Below are positions 16,708 through 23,124 of a DNA stretch of 32,000 nucleotides, in pieces. Positions within the stretch are counted from its first letter, which is position 1. Each line of letters starts with the position of its first letter. The stretch comes from Alistipes sp. i18-0019-D1. GTDB taxonomy: Bacteria > Bacteroidota > Bacteroidia > Bacteroidales > Rikenellaceae. The stretch lies in contig NZ_AP031424.1 of the NCBI RefSeq assembly GCF_042852885.1, forward strand, positions 871,414 to 903,413, written 5' to 3'. The notes under the pieces are model-generated. The model was not told the origin of the DNA and made no database searches. It saw only the letters and a list, made by a program, of their open reading frames with translations. Both the position numbers and the translations under genes were made by a program.

Positions 16708-17895
16708 TTACTTCACGATCTTCAGGATCTGACCTGCACCTACCGTACGGCCACCCTCGCGGATTGCGAAACGCAGACCTTCGTTGATAGCTACGGGGTA
16801 GATCAGCTTCACGGTGATGGTCACGTGGTCGCCCGGCATAACCATGTCGACGCCTGCGGGCAGGTGAACCTCACCCGTTACGTCCATCGTACGCAGGTAG
16901 AACTGGGGACGATAGTTGTTGTGGAACGGCGTGTGACGGCCACCCTCCTCTTTCTTGAGGATGTAGACCTCGGCCTCGAACTCGGTGTGCGGAGTGATCG
17001 AACCCGGCTTGGCAACCACCATACCGCGCTTAACCTCCTTCTTGTCGATACCGCGGAGCAGCAGACCTACGTTGTCGCCAGCCTCGCCCTCGTCGAGCAG
17101 CTTGCGGAACATCTCGACGCCCGTGCAGGTCGACGTGAGGGTCTTCTCCTCGAGACCTACGATCTCGACGGGATCGCCTACGTGGATGATACCGGTCTCG
17201 ATACGGCCCGTTACGACGGTACCGCGGCCGGTGATCGAGAACACGTCCTCGACAGGCATCAGGAACGGCTTCTCGTTCTCACGCGGAGGAATGGGAACAT
17301 ATTCGTCAACGGCAGCCATCAGCTCCATGATCTTCTCCTCCCACTGCGGCTCGCCGTTCAGGCCGCCGAGTGCGGAACCGCGGATGATGGGAGCGTTGTC
17401 GCCATCGTACTCATACTTGGAAAGCAGGTCGCGAACCTCCATCTCGACCAGGTCGAGCATTTCGGGATCGTCCACCATGTCGCACTTGTTCAGGAAAACG
17501 ACGATGCGCGGCACGTTCACCTGACGGGCGAGCAGTACGTGCTCGTTGGTCTGGGGCATCGGACCGTCCGTAGCGGCAACGACCAGGATAGCGCCGTCCA
17601 TCTGGGCAGCACCGGTAACCATGTTCTTCACATAGTCGGCGTGGCCCGGGCAGTCTACGTGCGCGTAGTGGCGGTTGGCCGTCTGGTACTCAACGTGCGA
17701 GGTGTTGATCGTGATACCACGCTCTTTCTCCTCGGGAGCGTTGTCGATCGAGTCGAACGAACGGAGTTCCGACAGACCGTTCTTTGCCAAAACAGTCGTG
17801 ATAGCAGCGGTAAGGGTGGTCTTACCGTGGTCAACGTGACCGATGGTACCGATGTTTACGTGCGGTTTCGACCGGTCGAATTTTTCTTTTGCCAT
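16708..17895 (-). CDS. tuf: Translation elongation factor Tu
   Basis: 395 aa. [11 protein letters not shown]-loop plus DCPGHADY and NKCD GTPase motifs. Confidence 0.99.
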   Translation of the reverse strand: MAKEKFDRSKPHVNIGTIGHVDHGKTTLTAAITTVLAKNGLSELRSFDSIDNAPEEKERGITINTSHVEYQTANRHYAHVDCPGHADYVKNMVTGAAQMDGAILVVAATDGPMPQTNEHVLLARQVNVPRIVVFLNKCDMVDDPEMLDLVEMEVRDLLSKYEYDGDNAPIIRGSALGGLNGEPQWEEKIMELMAAVDEYVPIPPRENEKPFLMPVEDVFSITGRGTVVTGRIETGIIHVGDPVEIVGLEEKTLTSTCTGVEMFRKLLDEGEAGDNVGLLLRGIDKKEVKRGMVVAKPGSITPHTEFEAEVYILKKEEGGRHTPFHNNYRPQFYLRTMDVTGEVHLPAGVDMVMPGDHVTITVKLIYPVAINEGLRFAIREGGRTVGAGQILKIVK

Positions 17896-18025
17896 AGTAT
17901 TAAGTATTTAAAGTATTGTTAAAAATTGTCCTAAAGTTTTAAAATTCATTTCGCAGAACAAGCGAGCGACACAAACTCCCCATCATCGCTGAACGGAGGC
18001 GTTCGTATCACACGCTGCTGCGCAC

Positions 18026-18101
18026 TGGAGCGGAAGACGAGGCTCAAACTCGCGACCCTCAGCTTGGAAGGCTGATGCTCTATCAACTGAGCTACTTCCG
18101 C
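18026..18101 (-). tRNA. tRNA-Gly (anticodon TCC), CCA end encoded
   Basis: The - strand folds as GCGGAAG-TA-GCTC-AGTTGATA-GAGC-A-TCAGC-CTTCCAA-GCTGA-GGGTC-GCGAG-TTTGAGC-CTCGT-CTTCCGC-T-CCA. Confidence 0.9.
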
Positions 18102-18193
18102 AAAAACAGACCGTATCAGAGTTATCCCTTCCCTCGCACCGCCTCTCCGCGGCGTCCGGGGTCCTGCAACTCCAACCGGCACTCTCTTTTTAG

Positions 18194-18276
18194 TGGGAAG
18201 TGATGGATTCGAACCACCGAAGGCGTACGCCAGCAGATTTACAGTCTGCCCCATTTGGCCACTCTGGTAACTTCCC
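18194..18276 (-). tRNA. tRNA-Tyr (anticodon GTA), long variable arm
   Basis: - strand: acceptor GGGAAGT/ACTTCCC, anticodon loop CTGTAAA, long variable arm (GGCGTACGCC), T arm GGTGG-TTCGAAT-CCATC, discriminator A. Confidence 0.9.
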
Positions 18277-18549
18277 TTGTTTTGCTCCTCTCCCGTGAGG
18301 AATTCGCTTCGCTCGTCTTTCCCGGAGGAATTGGCTCGTTTCACTCGGCTGCGCCTCGTTCCACTTCGCCGATCCCGCTTTGGGGAGGCCTTCGTCCTGC
18401 CGCCGCTCGTCGTCGTAAAAAGCCCTCGTTCCTTCGGAACTCCCAGCCTCAAAATAGTTCGTCGCTTCAAACAAGTTTGACCGTCAAACTCTTTTTCGGC
18501 TGCTGCCATCGGCAGGGTCTTTTTAGCTCCTCCTCGCGTCGGCTTTCCG

Positions 18550-18623
18550 AGCCGATGGAGGGATTCGAACCCCCGACCAGCTGATTACAAATCAGCTGCT
18601 CTGGCCAACTGAGCTACATCGGC
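18550..18623 (-). tRNA. tRNA-Thr (anticodon TGT)
   Basis: The - strand folds as GCCGATG-TA-GCTC-AGTTGGCCA-GAGC-A-GCTGA-TTTGTAA-TCAGC-TGGTC-GGGGG-TTCGAAT-CCCTC-CATCGGC-T. Confidence 0.92.
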
Positions 18624-18644
18624 AGTATTCACCGTTTTGGATTG

Positions 18645-18652
18645 CAAAAGTA
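18645..18652 (-). promoter_or_regulatory. Bacteroides-type -7 box (TACTTTTG), proximal promoter of the tRNA-tuf operon
   Basis: Exact TAnnTTTG on the - strand, 22 nt upstream of tRNA-Thr. A TTTG (within AATTTGCG) lies ~20 nt further upstream, matching the -33/-7 spacing of Bacteroides promoters. Confidence 0.55.
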
Positions 18653-18759
18653 GGCATAAAAAATTTACCTCGCAAATTATTCGGGATAAATTTTCTACTT
18701 TTTAACTCTTCTCAAAGAACCGCGCCCGAACGCCATTGGTTCACGGGCGAAATCGGGTG

Positions 18760-18767
18760 CAAAGATA
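18760..18767 (-). promoter_or_regulatory. Second (distal) -7 box (TATCTTTG) pointing toward the tRNA-tuf operon
   Basis: Exact TAnnTTTG on the - strand, ~137 nt upstream of tRNA-Thr. Confidence 0.35.
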
Positions 18768-18957
18768 GGAAAAGTTTTGGATAACACAACAGCTTCTGAA
18801 AAAAATATCGTCTTTCGCACCCAACTATGTCATCCGCCGGTCCGGCCGGCATCCGTTCCCCTTCCGGACAGCCTATTTCCGAATCCGGCACACCTATTTT
18901 ATATAGGCGGTCTGCAAACTTTTTAGTATCTTTAAACCTTGAAAAAACTTTTACTGC

Positions 18958-19479
18958 ATGAATGCCATCCCCCTCTTCGGCCCTTACGCGCTCCGGCGGC
19001 TCCGCACGGAGGACGTCCCGGACATCTTCGCCTCGATCGACACCCAGCGCCGCCACCTGGGCCGCTGGCTCCCGTTCGTGGCCGACACGCACCAAATCGA
19101 GCAGACCCGGCAGGTGGTGGCCGGGATGCTCGCCGACACGGCCAATCCGGTCTACACGATCCGCGACGGCGAGACCTTCGCCGGACTGATCGGCTTCAAA
19201 TCGGCCGATGCCGGAAAGCGCAGCATCGAGATCGGCTACTGGCTGCGCGAAGAACAGCAGGGCAAGGGGATCATGACGGCCGCCGTGCGGGCGCTCTGCG
19301 ACCTTGCGTTCGGGGAGATGGGCATGCGGCGCGTGGAAATCCGCTGCGGCACGGGCAACCTCCCGAGCAACCGCATTCCGCAGCGTCTCGGCTTCCTCCG
19401 CAGCCACGTCGAGGAGCAGGGTGAACAGCTCTCCGACGGAGCGTGGATCGACCTGAACGTCTACGTGCTGGAACACTGA
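18958..19479 (+). CDS. GNAT-family N-acetyltransferase (RimJ/RimL-like)
   Basis: 173 aa. Acetyl-CoA binding Q-x-x-G-x-G/A motif (EEQQGKGIMTAAV), and the pattern LRRLRTEDV...IEIGYWL...N..S.R...RLGF typical of ribosomal-protein-type acetyltransferases. Confidence 0.8.
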   Translation: MNAIPLFGPYALRRLRTEDVPDIFASIDTQRRHLGRWLPFVADTHQIEQTRQVVAGMLADTANPVYTIRDGETFAGLIGFKSADAGKRSIEIGYWLREEQQGKGIMTAAVRALCDLAFGEMGMRRVEIRCGTGNLPSNRIPQRLGFLRSHVEEQGEQLSDGAWIDLNVYVLEH

Positions 19480-19593
19480 AAACCAATCGACCGCCGCCCC
19501 GGACTCATCCGCAAAACCGGCCCGCCACGGTCTAATGGCGTATGCCGCGCCCGGCCCGACGACGACGTGCCCGGTCCGTACGGTATCGCACCG

Positions 19594-19625
19594 AAAAAAG
19601 GAGATCTCCTCGGAGGTCTCCTTTT
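19594..19625. terminator. Bidirectional terminator between convergent GNAT and AraC genes
   Basis: AAAAAAGGAGATCTCC-tc-GGAGGTCTCCTTTT: an imperfect inverted repeat with an A run and a T run on either side. Confidence 0.7.
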
Positions 19626-19646
19626 CATCCATAGCGGCCGTCGGCC

Positions 19647-20561
19647 CTATTTCTTCTTGATCGAGCTGATCAGCTGCGCGGGCGTCGCCTGGAGGTAATT
19701 CTTGCAGAACCGGCTGAACTGCGTGTAGTGGCGGAACCCGTACTTGTTCATCAGTGCCTTGGTGCTGTCCTCACCGTCGCGGATGTCGCTAAAGACCTTC
19801 AGCGCCTTCTGACGCATCATCCAATGGTAAACGCTGTCGTTGAAGTGCTCGGCGAAACGGCGTTTGAAAACCGAGAGGCTCATGCCCGCCAGCGAAGCCA
19901 GTTCGGCGACGCCCTGGGCCTTGTCGTAATTGTTGCAGACGAAGACGCGGAAATTGTCCTGCGGCTGAATCATCGACTGGAAGAAGTAGGCATGTTCGGT
20001 AGGCGTGTAGAGCACCTTGATCATCATGAAAAGCTCGGTGGCCTTCATCCGGTGATAGCGGACGCAGTTGAACATCTGGCGGATCGTAAAGAATGTGCCT
20101 AAAAGCCGTTCTATGGCCGGATGCATCGCAAGCGTGGGAACCGATTCGGTCGGAACGACCGAGTCATAGGGCATCACCTTGTCGAAAATGTCCTGTTCGC
20201 AGAATTCGATCCGGTGGATGAGCGACAGCACGACCACGTGGGTCTCGTCGTCCTGAGCCGTCACCACGAAGCGTTCACTGCGGGCGAGACATACGCATTG
20301 TTTCGACGTAACCAGGCGCACCGTATCGTTTCCGTGTTCCAGCCTCAACGATCCCGACATGACGAAAAGGATGCGCACCATGCGGTCCGCGGGGAACGTC
20401 ACCCCCTCTCCGGCCGCAAACGTAAGCTGTGAAAACCGACAGTAGGTCGAATCGCCGATACGGCGGAACGGTGCCGGAAACGTGGGACAACTACTACAAT
20501 CCGCAGTACAACTCTCCTTCAATGCCGACTCCTCAAACTGCGGTTGGGGTTGATAATCCAT
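19647..20561 (-). CDS. AraC/XylS-family transcriptional regulator with cupin-like N-terminal domain
   Basis: 304 aa. C-terminal double HTH (VAELASLAGMSLSVFKRRFAEHF...YGFRHYTQFSRFCKNYLQATPAQL). The N-terminus carries CTADCSSC. Confidence 0.88.
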   Translation of the reverse strand: MDYQPQPQFEESALKESCTADCSSCPTFPAPFRRIGDSTYCRFSQLTFAAGEGVTFPADRMVRILFVMSGSLRLEHGNDTVRLVTSKQCVCLARSERFVVTAQDDETHVVVLSLIHRIEFCEQDIFDKVMPYDSVVPTESVPTLAMHPAIERLLGTFFTIRQMFNCVRYHRMKATELFMMIKVLYTPTEHAYFFQSMIQPQDNFRVFVCNNYDKAQGVAELASLAGMSLSVFKRRFAEHFNDSVYHWMMRQKALKVFSDIRDGEDSTKALMNKYGFRHYTQFSRFCKNYLQATPAQLISSIKKK

Positions 20562-20595
20562 AACTTATTTGATCTGTGTGACGTGATTTCACGAA

Positions 20596-20603
20596 CAAAA
20601 TTA
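20596..20603 (-). promoter_or_regulatory. Bacteroides-type -7 box (TAATTTTG) for AraC gene
   Basis: Exact TAnnTTTG on the - strand, 35 nt upstream of the ATG at 20561. It is followed by the palindrome CGTGAttTCACG (20582-20593). Confidence 0.5.
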
Positions 20604-20646
20604 CAAAAAAAATCAGAAAAGCAAACAAATTAGCTCCCGCGACGAC

Positions 20647-20676
20647 AAAAAAGTCCCCGCCACGACCGGCAGGGAC
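20647..20676 (-). terminator. Intrinsic terminator of the coiled-coil lipoprotein gene
   Basis: The - strand reads GTCCCTGCC-ggtcgt-GGCGGGGAC-TTTTTT, 33 nt after the stop. Confidence 0.75.
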
Positions 20677-20708
20677 CCTGAAAGGCACTATTACGACGAA
20701 AAAATCGT

Positions 20709-21584
20709 CTATTTGTAACTAATGATCAGAATTTTCGAAGACTCCCAGAAACGCACGGGATCGGTAATGAGCAGTTTCTCGACGATTTTGTTCGAATCGG
20801 TCACCAGTTCGTACGAACCTTCGGGATGCGAAGTGACGAGCGTCGCCTTCTTCTGTCCGACGGGGATCTCCGTCAGCAGGCGCGAATCGGCCATCGTGAA
20901 GCTGTCGAAATTGCTGTTCCGACCGACGGTCAGCGTCCGTCCGATGAATCCCTGCTTGTTGATGATCTGCGCGTCGCGCAACTCCTTCTCGGCCCCCACG
21001 ATGTAGTAGACCGTATTGAGCTGGTTCTGCAACTCGACCTTCTCGCCGCTCAGGTTCTCGACCTCGGCGCTGCGAACGGCCACCTCCTCGGTCAGACTCT
21101 TCACCTCGTCGCCCATCCGGACGAGGCTCTCGCGCAGCTGCTCCACCTCGGTTTTCTTCTCCGCCAGCTGCCTGTTCATGTCGGCGATCATCTTCTCCAG
21201 GCCGTCGATACGCAGGTTGGCCTTGCGCAGCAGGGCCGCCGAACGTTGCAGCGATTCGATCTTCGAGCGGTTCTCCCGCAGCAGCCGGTCGATGGCCTTG
21301 ATGTCGTTGCTGATCTCCTCGACGGGACGGCGGCCGCCCTCCGCCTCCCCGGCCACGGTGATCAGGTTCTCGCGCGACTTGATCAGCGCGAGATTCTCCG
21401 AGATGGCGTTGATGTCCGCGAACACGGCGTTGATCAGCGAGTCCTTCGCGCTGACGACCAGCTGCTCCAGCGAATCGCTCCGGCTCTCGGCCTCGACGAC
21501 AACCTGTCTGCTCACACAGGAGGCAAGGAGCGCAACGACGCCCAGCGCCGCGGCGGTCGCGATATGCTTCATCTTGTTTTTCAT
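20709..21584 (-). CDS. Coiled-coil lipoprotein, function unknown
   Basis: 291 aa. Signal peptide plus lipobox (ALLASC). ~170 aa of heptad-like Glu/Leu/Arg/Lys-rich sequence, then a ~90-aa globular C-terminus. No catalytic motif recognised. Confidence 0.7.
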   Translation of the reverse strand: MKNKMKHIATAAALGVVALLASCVSRQVVVEAESRSDSLEQLVVSAKDSLINAVFADINAISENLALIKSRENLITVAGEAEGGRRPVEEISNDIKAIDRLLRENRSKIESLQRSAALLRKANLRIDGLEKMIADMNRQLAEKKTEVEQLRESLVRMGDEVKSLTEEVAVRSAEVENLSGEKVELQNQLNTVYYIVGAEKELRDAQIINKQGFIGRTLTVGRNSNFDSFTMADSRLLTEIPVGQKKATLVTSHPEGSYELVTDSNKIVEKLLITDPVRFWESSKILIISYK

Positions 21585-21628
21585 GGCTCCGACTTTCTAA
21601 AGATTACGATCTTGTTTGCCTTCGGGCG

Positions 21629-21636
21629 CAAATATA
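21629..21636 (-). promoter_or_regulatory. Bacteroides-type -7 box (TATATTTG) for lipoprotein gene
   Basis: Exact TAnnTTTG on the - strand, 45 nt upstream of the ATG at 21584. Confidence 0.45.
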
Positions 21637-21696
21637 TACATAAAAACAAAACCTTGTGCGGATTTTTTCACAAAGACCGGAAATTCCGTGCGGAGA

Positions 21697-21739
21697 ACAA
21701 AAAACAACGGGCCGCAACCCTCGGTTGCAGCCCGTTGTT
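21697..21739 (-). terminator. Intrinsic terminator of L31 gene
   Basis: The - strand reads AACAACGGGCTGCAACC-gag-GGTTGCGGCCCGTTGTT-TTTTGTT: a 17-bp stem with one G:U, starting 21 nt after the stop. Confidence 0.85.
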
Positions 21740-21759
21740 TCGTAAATGCGCAAGCAGAT

Positions 21760-22026
21760 TTACTTCGCATTCTTCTTATCGTAGCGTTTTGCGTAACGGC
21801 TCATAAACTTATCGACGCGACCAGCGGTGTCAACCAACTTCATCTTACCGGTGTAGAACGGGTGCGAGGTGTTGGAAATTTCCATCTTATACACGGGATA
21901 GGTTTCGCCGTTCACTTCGATGGTCTCTTTTGTCGAAACGGCGGACCGACACAAAAACACGATGTCGTTGGACATGTCCTTGAACGCCACCAAACGATAA
22001 TTCTCCGGATGAATACCCTTTTTCAT
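21760..22026 (-). CDS. rpmE: 50S ribosomal protein L31, type B (no zinc-binding CxxC pairs)
   Basis: 88 aa. MKKGIHPENY...HPFYTG signature. Lacks the Cys pairs of the type A form. Confidence 0.93.
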   Translation of the reverse strand: MKKGIHPENYRLVAFKDMSNDIVFLCRSAVSTKETIEVNGETYPVYKMEISNTSHPFYTGKMKLVDTAGRVDKFMSRYAKRYDKKNAK

Positions 22027-22063
22027 TTCGCTGTTTTTGTTTTTAATTAATGCTTAAGCGCGA

Positions 22064-22071
22064 CAAAGGTA
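22064..22071 (-). promoter_or_regulatory. Bacteroides-type -7 box (TACCTTTG) for L31 gene
   Basis: Exact TAnnTTTG on the - strand, 38 nt upstream of the ATG at 22026. Confidence 0.5.
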
Positions 22072-22156
22072 CGAATTAATTTGCAACAAACAAGATCCCG
22101 TGCACTTTTTTTCACACTCGGGCGTCCGGAGGGTTGCGCAATCTGAATACTTTTTC

Positions 22157-22164
22157 TATCTTTG
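22157..22164 (+). promoter_or_regulatory. Bacteroides-type -7 box (TATCTTTG) for tRNA(CAT)
   Basis: Exact TAnnTTTG, 33 nt upstream of the tRNA. It is followed by the GC hairpin GCGCCC-ctgc-GGGCGC (22175-22190). Confidence 0.5.
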
Positions 22165-22196
22165 CGCCACCGAAGCGCCCCTGCGGGCGCAGGACC

Positions 22197-22270
22197 GGGC
22201 CCATAGCTCAGTCGGTCAGAGCAGCGGACTCATAATCCGAAGGTCGTGGGATCATGCCCCTCTGGGCCCA
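22197..22270 (+). tRNA. tRNA with CAT anticodon; probably tRNA-Ile2 (lysidine type), alternatively elongator Met; atypical T arm
   Basis: Folds as GGGCCCA-TA-GCTC-AGTCGGTCA-GAGC-A-GCGGA-CTCATAA-TCCGA-AGGTC-GTGGG-ATCATGC-CCCTC-TGGGCCC-A. The C4:G69/C5:G68 pairs and a non-Watson-Crick 27:43 pair resemble E. coli ileX. No initiator features (no 1:72 mismatch, no GGG/CCC anticodon stem). Confidence 0.75.
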
Positions 22271-22273
22271 CAG

Positions 22274-22307
22274 AAAAAGAGGTTACGAACCGTCGTAACC
22301 TCTTTTT
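22274..22307 (+). terminator. Intrinsic terminator after tRNA(CAT)
   Basis: AAAAAGAGGTTACGA-accg-TCGTAACCTCTTTTT: a perfect 15-bp inverted repeat ending in a T run. Confidence 0.85.
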
Positions 22308-22478
22308 CCGCATTTCAGGCCGGACTTCCCGTTTCCGGTGGACCGGAACCGCGGTCTGCTGCAAAATAATTCGGGAAACGCGGTTTTTCATAAATAATTT
22401 TTACCTTTATACTCCACTACCGACGTTGCCGGCCCCTGCCCGAACCGGGGAGGCAACCAGCAAACGACCGCGAACAAA

Positions 22479-23033
22479 ATGACCGACAACGAACTGGCCC
22501 GGGAAATCCGCGACGGGAATCAACTGGCATTTACCATGACTTATGATAAATACCACAGGCAGTTGTACGCCTTTGCGTACAGGTACGCCCGCAACGGCGC
22601 CCTGGCGGAAGATATCGTGCAGTACACGTTCCTCAAACTCTGGGAAACCCGTTCGAAACTTCTGCCGGCCTCCGGTCTGGCCGGCTACCTGTTTCGCATT
22701 GCGAAAAACCGGACGCTCAACGCCCTGCGCGATTACATACCTACACAGTCCGAATACCGGGAAACAGCAACTTCCGCAAGCGAATTCCTGCCCGACCTGG
22801 AGCGCCACAACCTGATGGAACAACTCGACAAAGCCATCGAAAAACTCTCGCCGCAGAAAATCGCAGTCTGCCGACTGAAAATCCACGAAGGACTCTCCAA
22901 CGCCGAAATCGCCGAACGGCTGGGCATCTCGGTCAATACCGTCAAGGTCCTCTATCACCAGGCCGTCACACAACTGCGCAAACTGATGAAATCGGGTTAC
23001 GCCATTCTGCTCGTCCTGCTGGTCTCCCGCTGA
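22479..23033 (+). CDS. ECF-type RNA polymerase sigma-70 factor (Bacteroides PUL-associated type)
   Basis: 184 aa. Region 2 (DIVQYTFLKLWE) and region 4 HTH (LSNAEIAERLGISVNTVKVLYHQAV). Directly upstream of a FecR-type gene. Confidence 0.9.
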   Translation: MTDNELAREIRDGNQLAFTMTYDKYHRQLYAFAYRYARNGALAEDIVQYTFLKLWETRSKLLPASGLAGYLFRIAKNRTLNALRDYIPTQSEYRETATSASEFLPDLERHNLMEQLDKAIEKLSPQKIAVCRLKIHEGLSNAEIAERLGISVNTVKVLYHQAVTQLRKLMKSGYAILLVLLVSR

Positions 23034-23124
23034 CGCCTTCCGCACAATCTTTTTTCAGAAAAACGAACCGGGCATAATACTTTTCCCGCCGCCGTGTGTA
23101 TTCTAATAAAACACGCGCCCCCAA

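Noticed and set aside
17896-17917. Three AGTATT (ATACT on the - strand) repeats directly upstream of the tuf start codon.
   Set aside because: AT-rich, unstructured, SD-less leaders are the norm for highly expressed Bacteroidota genes. The repeat is short and probably reflects that composition.
17946-18025. Possible degenerate tRNA-Thr(GGT) remnant between tRNA-Gly and tuf.
   Set aside because: No GTTCRA T-loop box, no 7-bp acceptor pairing and no xTGGTAx anticodon loop. Only short generic stems are present.
18277-18480. 67-aa Arg-rich + strand ORF filling the Thr-Tyr spacer and ending just before the + strand hairpin/T tracts.
   Set aside because: It needs a TTG start abutting the tRNA-Tyr gene. 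It has no -7 box with a proper TA, mixed third-position composition, and a highly basic, low-complexity product. The region is retained only as an RNA-level curiosity in the findings.
17946-18509. 187-aa - strand ORF, plus the 94-aa (18190..18474) and 109-aa (18255..18584, + strand) ORFs across the tRNA cluster.
   Set aside because: They read straight through tRNA-Gly, tRNA-Tyr or tRNA-Thr genes. Being stop-free here is incidental.
22043-22059. Adjacent 8-bp palindromes TTAATTAA and GCTTAAGC in the L31 type B leader, considered as a Zur operator because type B L31 paralogues are zinc-regulated in many bacteria.
   Set aside because: They do not resemble any Zur box I can recall. Short AT palindromes are expected in an AT-rich leader. 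In Bacteroidota the type B protein may be the only L31 copy.
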